A stretch of 64,000 bases of DNA from an uncultured Spirochaetota bacterium (GTDB taxonomy: Bacteria; Spirochaetota; Spirochaetia; SZUA-6; Fen-1364). Under the pieces are notes generated by a model that saw only the letters and a list, made by a program, of their open reading frames with translations, was not told where the DNA came from and searched no databases. The position numbers and the translations under genes were made by a program. Shown one piece after another: positions 42,880-53,736 of the stretch. Within the stretch, counting starts at the first letter, position 1. Each line of letters opens with the position of its first letter. The DNA lies in assembly GCA_963781885.1 (NCBI GenBank), contig CAWAHW010000003.1, positions 160,627 through 224,626 on the forward strand, written 5' to 3'.

Positions 42880-43475
42880 CCCTGACTTCCGCGCGACGGT
42901 GCGCGTCTCTTTCGGCTTTGGTTCTGCTGCTTGGCGCGTGCGGGTTGATGGTCGGCTGCACCGCCGGGAAGCAGCCCATCTACGCGACCCCGGATTACCA
43001 CGCGTGGAGGCGAACGACCGATGTCGTTCTCGACTATCCCATACCGGGTCACCAGGATCGATTCCGAATCCCCCGGATGAACAACGTCGGCTTCACGGCG
43101 AAGCCGACAAATGATGGCGGCAAGCTCCGCTGGGACTTTCCGCCGGGCACCGTCATCGTCAAGGAAGTCTACCAGACCCCAAAGCCCGCGGCGGGCGAGC
43201 TGCCCATACAGCTCACCATCATGGTAAAGGCTCCAAAGGACCCCCATTCCCAGGGCGGATGGCTATGGATCACCCGTGATCTTCCAGACGGCAAAGAGGC
43301 AGTCTTCATGGGGAACTTCTGCATTACCTGTCACGCGAACGCCAATGAGAAACACCCCTATGGCGACGGCAATCCAAATGAGGAGTTTCGCGACTACGTG
43401 TACTTCGTCCCTGGCGAAGGAAGCGCCCGCCCCGGCGCGGGAGCCCTCGGGGCAGCCGGCACCTCGGGAAGCTGA
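42876..43475 (+). CDS. Cytochrome P460 family lipoprotein
   Basis: ATGA overlap; FPPGTVIVKE, IMVK, GGWLW, C-terminal CITCH, DYVY. Confidence 0.82.
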   Translation: MTLTSARRCASLSALVLLLGACGLMVGCTAGKQPIYATPDYHAWRRTTDVVLDYPIPGHQDRFRIPRMNNVGFTAKPTNDGGKLRWDFPPGTVIVKEVYQTPKPAAGELPIQLTIMVKAPKDPHSQGGWLWITRDLPDGKEAVFMGNFCITCHANANEKHPYGDGNPNEEFRDYVYFVPGEGSARPGAGALGAAGTSGS

Positions 43476-43516
43476 GAAGCGACCGTCTGGACCGCGTCAA
43501 CGCCGGCGGATCGGCG

Positions 43517-45942
43517 TCAGGCGAGCATCTTGGTCGCCACGGCGAGGTTGAGACGGTTCATCCGCCTGATTGCCGGCAGGCAGGAGATGAGCATCACGGC
43601 CAGTATTCCGCCCGCGGTGAGAAGGTAACTTGACAGGGAAGCGGAAACAGCGAGGCTGAAAAGGTCCGAGTTGAGCTCTTGTCCCATTTCGCGCGCGGTA
43701 AGGGCTCCGAGGAGGAGTCCGGGTATCAGCGCGACCAGCCAGAGCAGGAAGGCCTCGGAGAGTACGACAAAGGCGACCCTCCAATGTGAGGCGCCCACGG
43801 AGCGCATCGTGGCGATTTCCCGCTGTTGCTCCAATACATTCACCGTCATCGCGTTGAAGAGCAGCGCGAATGCCATGGCGAATGCGAACAGAAGAATCAT
43901 GCCCATGAGCGCGTAATACAGACCCATCAGGGAGTTCCACGCAGACTCGACCGCGGTCTTGTATTGGACATTTGAAACACCGGCAAGACCGTAGAAGCGA
44001 GATGCGAGATTCTCCCCGGGCGCGGCAGGGTTTGCTGCCGTCACGTACAGGCCATTATAGACCACCAAACCACAGGGCATCCATTGTCGGGCAGCGGCAA
44101 ACGAGGTGTAGGCGACGGAACCCATCATTTCATTGACAAGGGACCGGGCCGTGAATGTCGTTTCGCCGAAGGGCGTCGATACGCGGACGGGGTCACCCAC
44201 GGTGACACCGAGTTTTTGCGCAATCGTCTCGGTCAAGACGATATCGCTGGCACCAAGCAACACCGACGCGGGCTGGCCCCTGACAACGTCGAGATTATGC
44301 ATGCCCAGGGACGGATCGTACGCCGTGAGGAGCACTTCTTGAGATACGACCCCGCTGGCCGATCGACCCGAGCCTGAGTCCCTGGCCTGGGATTGTGCCG
44401 TGATAGTCACCGGGAGCTGCAGGATCGGCTCCACGCTTCGTACACCCGGCATCGTGTAGACCGTCTGCAGGCTATCGATTGGCTGCGGCTCGTTGAAGGA
44501 GACGGTGATATCCCATCGCTCCGTCTTGTGGAAGGTGTCATAGACGATGCGCTGCATCGAATCCAGCATCGCCCACGACGTAAGGACGAGTATGAATGAA
44601 AACAGCACGCCGACGAGCGTCGAGACCGCGCGGCTGCGGACACGGAAAACATTTCTGAAGGGGAGACGACCCCACACCGAGAGCGGCAGAGCCCGCTCGG
44701 CGAGCGTGCGGCCGCCCCGCGACAGTGCCCGTGCGGGATCCTGGCGCATGGCCTTTGCCGGAAGAAGCGACGAGGCACGCCGCGCGGGGAAAAGGCCCGC
44801 AAGGAGGCTGATGATGATGCTCAAGCCGGCCGCAATGAAGATGAGATCGGCGTAGACGCGTGATTGCACGAGCGGGATGCCAAGCTGGCCCGCATAGGCC
44901 GTCGTAATGGCATGGCCCAGCGGAATCCCCGCAACGACGCCAAGGACGGAGCCAGACAGCGCGATGACGAAAGAAAAAGAGAGGTAGTGGAAGAGAATCG
45001 AGCCGCGCCCATACCCAAGTGCCATCATGATGCCGATCTGCGGCTCCTGCGACCGGGATCTGACGACCGAGCATGACAAAAAGCGCCGCGGCCGCGGCAA
45101 TCAGGATGAGCAAGGGCATGAAGAATCCTATCTGCTTGTATCCATCAAGGTCGAGCTTCAGCGCTGCATTCGAGGCCTGATCCGCCTGCAATGTGGTTTC
45201 CTGAATGCCGAACGGACCAAGGACGGATTGAATCTGCGCCATGACAGACTGTCGATCCACTCCGGCGTCAAGGCGGATAGCTATATCGTTGACGACATCT
45301 CCCGTCTGGAAGAGCTCCTGCATGGACGCCAGGGGGACAAAAACAACGGCGAAATTTCGCGGGTCAGGGATGACATCCTGCCTGCTGGCGCTGACGACGA
45401 GGTACTCGGGGCTGGCGGCGATTCCTGCCATGCGAAAAGGCGTCGGCATTCCCTTTACGATCGGGCTCAATGTGGCGCACGGGTTGGACGGAATATGCCT
45501 TTGCAAAATGGGCTTCGAGCAGGGCCTGTCTGTCCCCGCCCGCGTCGAAGTATCCCCCCTTTCCAATGGACACGTCGTCGACGGCGGGGTGGCTGTTCGC
45601 CGCTACTCCTATCAGACGCGCCCGGAGCGGACGCGTGTCCGATGCCGCGCCGGGTGCAATCATACCAGTGTCCATGATGAGCCGGCCCGTGACGGCCTTG
45701 ATGCCGGGTATGGCCTCGACGCGGGCGAGCGCGCCCGGGGGCGCCGAAAGCACCCGCACGTCAACGTCGGCAAATGAAAGCACGTCGTAGGTGTGGGCAT
45801 ACGATGTTCCCAAATCCCGATAGGCGCCCACGAGCGAAATGAAGCTCGCGACGCCGATTGCTACTATGACGGTCAAAGCGATCGACTGAGCGACGGATTT
45901 CCCAATGTCGCGAAACATCTTGCGAAGCAGCATCTTCAGCAT
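43517..45942 (-). CDS. ABC exporter permease, duplicated MacB/FtsX type (two frameshifts)
   Basis: LLRKMFRDI, QIGIMMALGY, EQQREIATMRSVG; three overlapping ORFs. Confidence 0.85.
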
Positions 45943-45952
45943 GTCGTCACCC

Positions 45953-46696
45953 CTACCACGTGACCTGGGACAGCTCGATCTGCTCCGGCACGTCCTCGAT
46001 CTTTTCTATGGCGCCGTTTCTGAGGCGTACGATCTGGTGGGCGATTGGCGCGATTGCACTGTTGTGGGTGACGAGGACAACCGTGGCTCCCTGCCTGCGG
46101 TTGAGGTCGCGGATGACCCCGAGGACCTGGACGCCGGTCTCCAGGTCGAGATTTCCCGTCGGTTCGTCGCAGAGAAGGACCGAGGGGTCGTTGGCAAGTG
46201 ACCTTGCTATTGCCACCCGCTGCTGCTCTCCGCCGGAAAGTTGAGACGGGAAGTGATCGATACGCTCGTCCAGCCCGACGAGACCGAGAAGCTCATGAGC
46301 CCGCTGTTTCATGCCTCGGCTCCCGCGCGGTCTGCGTTTCCCGTCGCGATTCAGGGTCAGGGCTAACTCGATGTTTTCGGCGGCGGTCAAGGTGGGAATG
46401 AGATTGAAGAACTGGAACACGAATCCGACCTGTTTGCGACGGTAGTGTGTCAGTTGGGCGTCGTTCATACGGGCGATGTCTTCGCCTTCTACAACCAGGG
46501 ACCCCGATGTGGGGCGGTCCAGACCACCGATGAGATTGAGGGTGGTCGTTTTTCCACAGCCCGAAGGGCCCAGGACGGCCACGAATCGACCCCGTTGCAC
46601 TTCCAGGTCGAGCCCGCGGAGGGCGTGAACTTCAACTTCGCCCATGGGGTAGGTTTTCGTGACCCCGCTCATATGTATAACCGTGTCAGTCGCCAC
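45953..46696 (-). CDS. ABC transporter ATP-binding protein (LolD/MacB type)
   Basis: GPSGCGKTT, LSGGEQQRV, LCDEPTGNLD; GTG start after GAGGAGG. Confidence 0.95.
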   Translation of the reverse strand: MATDTVIHMSGVTKTYPMGEVEVHALRGLDLEVQRGRFVAVLGPSGCGKTTTLNLIGGLDRPTSGSLVVEGEDIARMNDAQLTHYRRKQVGFVFQFFNLIPTLTAAENIELALTLNRDGKRRPRGSRGMKQRAHELLGLVGLDERIDHFPSQLSGGEQQRVAIARSLANDPSVLLCDEPTGNLDLETGVQVLGVIRDLNRRQGATVVLVTHNSAIAPIAHQIVRLRNGAIEKIEDVPEQIELSQVTW

Positions 46697-47351
46697 GTGT
46701 GTCCTCCTCGTGTCGGCTGCGCGCCTTTTCGGAAGCTTTCCTGACGGCACCCGGCGCGCGCTCCATGCCGCGGATGAAAGTATCCATGCCTGACCGTACC
46801 TGTTCTGGAAGATTGATGGCCCGGGGGGAAAAAACCCAAAGCAGAAGGCTTCCCTCCAGGATTGCGCCGAGGGCCACCGCGGCCATTCTTGGATCCTGTT
46901 TACGGAACTCTCCCTGTTCGATGCCCTGCTCTATGACGCGGGCAATGTTTTGATAGAACACCTCGAAGTATTCCTGGAATGCTTTTTTCACCACCTTGTT
47001 GCGGAATGCGAGGGAATAGAACTCAAAGGTGATGGGAACAAGCTTCGTCATGACGGCGATTTCTTTGACTGATTCATCAGCGAGGGTCCGGAGCCTCCCC
47101 TGCGCCGAGCCTCCCGCGGCCGGAAGTTCCCTGATCCGCCTCATCTCTGGCGCGACGAGCCGATTCATGATTGCCGCGATGAGGGCGTCCTTGCTCTTGA
47201 AATACCAGTAAAGAAGACCCTTGCTCAGTCGCGCTTCTTCGACGATATCATCCATGCGGGTTCCGTCGAAACCTTTCCGGGAAAACACGCGCATGGCCGC
47301 GTCAATGATCTCTCCCTTTCGCTGATCGCTCACGTCGGGTCGTGGGGGCAT
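46686..47351 (-). CDS. TetR/AcrR family regulator
   Basis: IIDAAMRVFSRKGFDGTRMDDIVEEARLSKGLLYWYFKSKD. Confidence 0.93.
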   Translation of the reverse strand: MPPRPDVSDQRKGEIIDAAMRVFSRKGFDGTRMDDIVEEARLSKGLLYWYFKSKDALIAAIMNRLVAPEMRRIRELPAAGGSAQGRLRTLADESVKEIAVMTKLVPITFEFYSLAFRNKVVKKAFQEYFEVFYQNIARVIEQGIEQGEFRKQDPRMAAVALGAILEGSLLLWVFSPRAINLPEQVRSGMDTFIRGMERAPGAVRKASEKARSRHEEDTRGD

Positions 47352-47366
47352 TCTCACCTCTCATAA

Positions 47367-47417
47367 ACTGACCAGTCAGTCTGTTATCAGGGTACCGCCG
47401 GCTCCTGAGAATGTCAA
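47367..47417 (-). promoter_or_regulatory. Promoter and TetR-type operator
   Basis: Minus strand TTGACA(47417-47412)-17bp-TACCCT; palindrome ACTGACCAGTCAGT at 47367-47380. Confidence 0.7.
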
Positions 47418-47666
47418 GTCAACGTTGATCGACGCGGCGTCGTCCTTCCGGCTCATGTTCTCTGCTCTCTTTATCGCCCGCCCGCGCGACTCCTCATTCT
47501 GACGCGGCGACGTCGCATCCCCTATCTGGTGTGACCTGGGCGGGCAAAAGGCTTCCCTACGCACGGAGCCACGGCGCCGCCCGCCTGAGAGGACTACCGA
47601 CCGGCGTCTATCACATTGCGGACGGGGAGCACGGGGGAAATCACGGGGAAGGGAAACTCACCGCCT

Positions 47667-47950
47667 TCAAATAGGAGATATCCGCTCGGGACAAAAGGGA
47701 GCCCTAACGACCTGTCGCAATGCACGCCGCTTCACCTCCGTCTTGTCCTCACTGAAGGGATGGATCCTCATGAGCCAGAAAACGACCGTGGCCGCGAGGG
47801 AAATCGACACGAGGTTCGTTGCAAAAAGGAGCGCCGCCCCCGAGGCGACGTTGAAATCCAGCTTGCTGAGACCCGATGCCAACGGTGCAGAGAGGCGGCA
47901 AGAGGGCAACCGAGATTGCAACGCCGGTCAGGGCATTGATCACCTTGCGG
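47667..47950 (-). pseudogene. DUF389 membrane protein remnant
   Basis: LTGVAISVALLPPLCTVGIG; GAALLFATNLVSI in a shifted frame. Confidence 0.7.
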
Positions 47951-48113
47951 TTTGCATAACCGACCCCAGGACACTTGGACCCACCAGCAAGCCGACAAGT
48001 ATTTCGCCAATGACCGCCGACTGATTGATCCGAGCGGCAAGGAGGTATCCAGCCAGGGCGATGAAAAGGAGAAAAGTCATCTGGAATTCAACAAGATGCA
48101 GGATTCCGTTCAT
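47950..48113 (-). pseudogene. Cation:proton antiporter (CPA2) N-terminal remnant
   Basis: RINQSAVIGEILVGLLVGPSVLG, then stops. Confidence 0.7.
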
Positions 48114-48138
48114 GGTCCGCCTTTCACCTCGCTGGTCT

Positions 48139-49858
48139 CTACTCGGACAAAGCTGCCTGAGCGCGGAGCAAGTCATGCAAGGTCACAACGGCCATGATTT
48201 CCTGCGTCGATTCACGCCGAATCAGGACCATTCCCGAGGTGCTTTCCATCAACAGAGACGCCACTTCGCGAACGCTGACCTCGGGAGCACACAGGATAGG
48301 CGGGGAAAGCCGCGGGGCCAGATTCGCGGCGAGAGCGGCTTTCAGCTCTTGGCGGCTGACGACGCCACGGAGCTCGCCATTCACGACCACTGGAAATCGC
48401 CCGTACGGATACGATTCAAGCGTCTTCTCTATTGTCAATCGTTCCAGGTTGGACAAGACAATAGGGCGTGTATGCGCGATCTCGGACACCGGAAGCTTTT
48501 GCCAGCTCTCCAAGTCCCTTGGGGGTTTGATTTGAATGAGCTCATGTCCATCCTGCAGAAGAAGGGCATCGTAAAAATTGTGCCGACCGCCGAGCCGGGC
48601 AATCGCCTGGCTCACGATTGAGCAGAAGAGGAGCGCTGGGACCATCGAGAACTGGTGAGTCATCTCGAATACAATCAACAGCGATGTGAGGGGAGCGCGA
48701 ACGACAGCGTTGAAGCACGCGCTCATTCCTACCGCCGCGAGCACGATCTTATCGGCGGGCGAGAGTGGGATCCATAGTCCAGCAACTCCCGCGAGAAAAA
48801 AGCCGGTAAGACCCCCGAGAAAAAGGGTGGGAGAGAATATCCCTCCGCAACCGCCCCAACCGTATGAGGCGACGGTTGCTACGAACTTGGCAACGACAAG
48901 CAGGCCCGCAGCCTGCCAGAGCAGGCTGTTGGTGAGGGCAAGGGAAAGATCGTTATAGCCAAGGCCGAACACGCCCGTGTGACCTGTGGCGAAAAAGACC
49001 GCACAGCCAAAAAACCAGGTAATAAGCGACCCGCAGAGGGGACGGATCCAAGCGGGCAGCCGGCTTCGCTCTCGTACGGCCGCGCGCAAACGAAGTGTCA
49101 AATCCTGGAACGCCACGCCGATAAGCGATGCAACCGCCGCAACGACTGGCAGGATCACGTACATCAGCCACGTGACTCCGTCGACTACCGGAAGTGAAAA
49201 CGCCGGTTGGGAGCCGAGGAAAGCCTGCACGATAAGTGCGCCAAGAACGGACGCAAGGACGACGCTTCCCAGAACCCGGCTGCCGAACTCATTGTTGAGC
49301 ATTTCCTCCATGACGAAGGTTATGGCAGCAAGCGGCGTATTAAATGCGGCGGCAAGTGCCGCGGCTGCACCGGTAGCAGAAGGTCAGCCGGCGGCCGGTC
49401 TTGGGGACCCCAAAAGCCGCCGCGAGGCCCGATGCGACGCCCCCTCCCACGTAGACCGAAGGTCCTTCGCGGCCAAGGCTCGTGCCGCCTCCCAGTGTGA
49501 GGACTCCGCCGATGAACTTTACGATGACGGAACGAATTCGAATGAAACCCAACTCCTTCCAATAGGCGGCCTTGAGTTGGGGCACGCCGCTGCCGGCCGA
49601 CTCCGGGCTCACGACATTCATGAGAACGCCGGCGGCGAGGGACGTACAACTGATGACGCCGAGGCTTCCAAGGACAAATACCAGCGGAGAGCCCATGGCA
49701 AGCTGAAGGATGGTCGCACGGAAAAGGAGGTTGGTGAGCCAGAGGAAGGCCACTGCGGACCCGGCGGCAGCCGCTGCATACAAGAGTGTATTCACTATCC
49801 CCCGGCTGTTCTCCGGTATTTGACGAAAGGATGACAGGGAGAATCTCATTGCCACCAT
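48139..49858 (-). CDS. ClC chloride channel/H+ antiporter with CBS domains (frameshift near 49385)
   Basis: GSGVP, LGREGP, GGIFSPTL, RAPLTS, C-terminal CBS pair. Confidence 0.88.
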
Positions 49859-50547
49859 CTAGACAGATGCAGGCCGCAGTGGCAACAAAGATAGAATCGT
49901 GTTGCTTGAGCCTTGTCTGCTGTCGACACAGGCGACCGCCTCGTGATGAGGCCTTTTCTGGCCAGTGCATGCATATTGGCTTGCATTGTACTCGTTCATA
50001 AATGGCTGCGAGTCATTAGTTTACCTGCATCAGTGTCGAGGAAATTCGACGCGGCGGGTATCGGATGTTGCCTCCAAAGATGACCGGAACATCAATTGCG
50101 AGCAATGTATATGGAGCCTTGCCCCGAAAAGAACCCAGCGCTGCCTACTGTTACCCGACTCCTTGCCGTTATGCTTCATGACCGCCGCCTTTTTGCTGTT
50201 TCCATTATCCCCATACGCAACGTACGGATTGCTGCTGGAGCCAATCGACAATGAGCCCGCGCATGGCTGCGCTGCCCGGCCTGTATAAGAAGGCATTACG
50301 GCTTCTTGCAGGCCAGGATTGAGCAACAAACAAACGTTCGATGTTGACAGAGGTACTTCCCTTGTGTGGGGATTGTAGAATGAAACGTACCACGTGCTGC
50401 AGCGGCGGAATTAGGAATACCGATCTTGGCGCATGCCCAATCTCCCGATGGACTTTTCTGACAATCCATCTGACAGCGAGTTGAGAACGCGCCCGTTTTC
50501 GGGTGGCGATCTGGCGTAACTCCTTTTATAGAATAAGGAGTTGCTTT

Positions 50548-50590
50548 TGCCCCAGAGATGACTCGAACATCCGACCTACGGTTTAGGAAA
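50548..50590 (-). repeat. att core copy 1: 3' half of tRNA-Arg(CCU)
   Basis: Minus strand TTTCCTAAACCGTAGGTCGGATGTTCGAGTCATCTCTGGGGCA = anticodon loop (CCT), T-arm GGATG-TTCGAGT-CATCT and acceptor 3' strand; no 5' half. Confidence 0.88.
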
Positions 50591-50814
50591 ACGAATCCGA
50601 ACCGATCAGGTGCGCGTCTCTCTGCAACTCATTGCAAGCTATTGTAAGTCCTTACAAGGAGTTGGGTCAATCAGATTCTCTCGCGACGTCGGTCATCTTG
50701 TCACAGCTTGCATCTACTTGCAGCAATTAACCCAATTCATCTTATATCTTTTATCTCATACCCAAGCCGAGGTGGAAGGCCGTCGATGGGACATGAGGTC
50801 CTCCTTCGTCGGGC

Positions 50815-51552
50815 TCAATTTTCTCCGGGTACGCGAGAGTCCTTGCCATGCTCTGCCGAATTCGTGGGCGCCTTCTTCAACATCTCAAGACCAACCGAGC
50901 GACACTGCGACACTACCGCGTGCCAGTCATTCCACGGGGAAATGATGCCCTTGTACTCTCGCAGATCGACGTCTGTCAGGTCGTATGGATCAGGATTCGC
51001 GAGCTTCACGAGGACGGAAATGAGGATGTCGCCTGCCTCACCTGCGAACTCTGCGTAGAGGCGTCGCATCGGCTCTATCGCAGCGACGCTTCGCGGCTTC
51101 CCCAGGTGATGGGACAGGGCAGCAACATCGAGGTAGTCCCGGGTCGCGTTGCGCTCGACCATCAGGAATGCCTTGATTCGCAGCATTTCCTCGATCGTAG
51201 GGATCTTTAGTGTTCGCCCGCCCGGCGCCTTGAGCGACGTAGTCTCCAACGGAGCCGACCGCCTTTGGTTCCGCAGCCCGGCATCAATGCCGTCAACCTC
51301 TCCCAGCAGGAGCTTTCCCCGAATTCGCCGTTTAGTGCGCCAGCCGACGATGGACTCCAATGCGGTATTTGCCTCATCGAAATGCTTGCCCAGGTCCCTC
51401 AAGACATGGTCGTGATCGAAAGAAATGCGATGCCCCGCATGCAGTGCCGCCGCAGTACCTCCCACCAGAACGGCGCTCGGCACCTTGGCCTGCAGAAGAG
51501 CAGCATGCGCGAGCAGCTTCTCCCAATCGGAGGATTTCGCCGGCTCAGCCAT
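50815..51552 (-). CDS. Nucleotidyltransferase toxin, AbiEii/AbiGii-like
   Basis: VLVGGTAAALHAGHRISFDHD, PTIEEMLRIKA, RNATRDYLD. Confidence 0.8.
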   Translation of the reverse strand: MAEPAKSSDWEKLLAHAALLQAKVPSAVLVGGTAAALHAGHRISFDHDHVLRDLGKHFDEANTALESIVGWRTKRRIRGKLLLGEVDGIDAGLRNQRRSAPLETTSLKAPGGRTLKIPTIEEMLRIKAFLMVERNATRDYLDVAALSHHLGKPRSVAAIEPMRRLYAEFAGEAGDILISVLVKLANPDPYDLTDVDLREYKGIISPWNDWHAVVSQCRSVGLEMLKKAPTNSAEHGKDSRVPGEN

Positions 51553-52020
51553 GAGCGGCAGCGATCCTGCGCCTCTTCACTGCGCCGGAAAGCAAAGTGG
51601 AGAAGGTGCGCACGCGCACGTCTGACCTGTCGGAACCGGCCATCAGGTCGCGTGCGCGGCGGGCGAGGCGGCCGCTTGTATCTTTCTGAAGCGCGCGTAC
51701 CACGCCACGCCATGAGTCGAGATCCCCCGAAGGACGATGTCTTCGATTGCCGCTTTTGTGAGTTCTCTGGAAGCTGGTTCCGTCAGGTGTCGGTGGGGAG
51801 TCAACGGCTTCTCCAACATCAATGGCCGTGCTTCGAGCACGAGGTCGACGGCATCACAGATCCTGGCCACCTTCTCATAGCCGAGTTCCGCGAGCTTGCC
51901 AGCCTCCAGAGCGGCGAGAGTCGAACGGCCGACCTGCGCTTGGGCGGCTAGCGCGCTTAACGTCAGGCCGCGGGAACGCCGCCGCTCCGCGACGATCTTC
52001 CCGACCCCATGTAGGTTCAT
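51545..52020 (-). CDS. XRE-HTH antitoxin candidate (frameshift in a G-run near 51725)
   Basis: RRRSRGLTLSALAAQAQVGRSTLAALE; adding one G gives IEDIVLRGDLDSWRGVV...AAAHG*, overlapping the toxin start by 8 bp. Confidence 0.75.
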
Positions 52021-52028
52021 AGGTCCAT

Positions 52029-52060
52029 TATACTGGACTCTTCCGCGGAAGTCCAGTATA
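52029..52060. promoter_or_regulatory. Inverted repeat operator of the TA operon
   Basis: TATACTGGACT-N10-AGTCCAGTATA immediately upstream of the antitoxin start. Confidence 0.7.
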
Positions 52061-52120
52061 TGAGACTATGGCGTCGGGAACGATGACCGGTACAAATGCC
52101 ACGGAATGCCGTGGCCGCTT

Positions 52121-52163
52121 TGCCCCAGGGATGACTCGAACATCTGACCTACGGTTTGGGAAA
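52121..52163 (-). repeat. att core copy 2 (tRNA-Arg 3' half, diverged)
   Basis: TGCCCCAGGGATGACTCGAACATCTGACCTACGGTTTGGGAAA; 3 differences from copy 1. Confidence 0.85.
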
Positions 52164-52246
52164 GCGAGTCGGCGTCGAGTTTCGGCGTGTCGCTTTACAG
52201 CTCACTGCTGACTAACAGTATTCGCTTCAAGGGGTTGGGTCTATAA

Positions 52247-53537
52247 CAGGGTGTTGAAGAAGTTCTTGTTGGAGAAATCATTATCTCCTCAGCGGTGCTA
52301 TTTGGGGTCCTCGATTGCGGATCAGAAATTGGGGCCATTGTGGGCTTGGCCCCGTTTGGCCTCTACACGGATAGCTGAGCCGACAGATTGCGGATTCGGA
52401 CCATATTGTAGACGGCCATGGCAAGAGTGAATCCCCAACCGACGCGTTGTACCCCACGGAAGCGAGTCTTTCGATATCCTCCGACGGTCTTCATCCAGCC
52501 AAAGATCTCTTCCACTCGTTTGCGAACGCGCTGACTGATCACATAGCCTTCGCAACGAACGGTGCGTCCATCAACGGCGGAATGATCCTTGCGCTGCGCA
52601 ACGTGGGGAGTAGCGTTCAGCTTACGCAACTCCTTGACACAAGATCTTCTGTCGTAGCCCTTGTCCATGCCAACGGTAATGCGGTAATTGCCCGGGATCG
52701 CTTTCACCATCTCCACGGCCGCCTCTGGCTCGGCGCTACCGCTGCTGATGCTCAGGCGATGCTCCACCACCAACCCGTTGCGGTTTTCCATCAGCAGGTG
52801 GCCCATATAGCTCAGCCGTGCTTCCCCTCCGTGGCTCTTCTTTGACAGCCGTGCATCGGGGTCCGTCGTCGAGGCGTGTGTCTCGTTGCTCCTCTTTTCT
52901 CCGCGGTAGTCAACATCTGCGTTGCGACCGTTTTCGCCACTTGTTGGTCCCGAGGGTCCTCCCTCTTTCGGCTGGAAGCTCTTTTGAGATGCCCAGGCTT
53001 CAATGAGTGTCCCGTCGACAGTGAAATGCTCATCAGACAGCAGCCCCTGCTCTCGGGCCTGCTCCCTAATCTGGATAAAGAACTTCGCCACGATGTCCGC
53101 GTTCAGCAGCCGATCCCGATTCTTGGAGAATGTGGAGTGGTCCCAGAACCTCGTCTTCCATCGACAGTCCGACGAACCAGCGGAACAACAGATTATAGTT
53201 CAATTCCTCCATCAGTAGCCTTTCACTGCGGATGGAGTACAACACCTGGAGCAACAGCGCCCGAATGAGCTTCTCCGGCGGAATCGATGGCCGACCGGTA
53301 GCGGAATACATCTTGTTGAAATCTGCCGACAGTCCCTTCAAAGCGCGATTCGCCATTTCCTTTACCACCCGTAGCGGATGTTAGACGGCACACGGTCTGC
53401 AGGTGAGTGATAACTAAAGATGCTGTCTTGTTCCTGATTCGCGCCTCTCATCGACTCCCTCCCTGGAAATCCTGCTTCACAAGATTACCAAGGAACGAAG
53501 CCTTACTCAATGAAAAGCTGAGTTTTTCAACACCCTG
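52247..53537 (-). mobile_element. IS5 family insertion sequence
   Basis: Terminal IRs CAGGGTGTTGAAGAA / CAGGGTGTTGAAAAA; 4-bp TSD ATAA (52243-52246, 53538-53541). Confidence 0.92.
52363..53451 (-). CDS. tnp: IS5 family DDE transposase (frameshifted)
   Basis: GRPSIPPEKLIRALLLQVLYSIRSERLL, TVDGTLIEAWAS, GMDKGYD, RKRVEEIFGWMK. Confidence 0.9.
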
Positions 53538-53736
53538 ATAAGCATCCGCTGGAGAATTGCTTCTCGTAGATTGGTTTGGATCAATTTGCAGAGAATTGCG
53601 GATTTTTCTCACATCTTTTATCTGACACTGCATCCCGCGATTTCTTCCCTATCAGACTAGTTTTGCGGACAATCGGTGGTCGGCTGGAAATCCGGCTCGC
53701 CGATGTCTGTGATTGCCGAATAACTGTGCGTGATGG

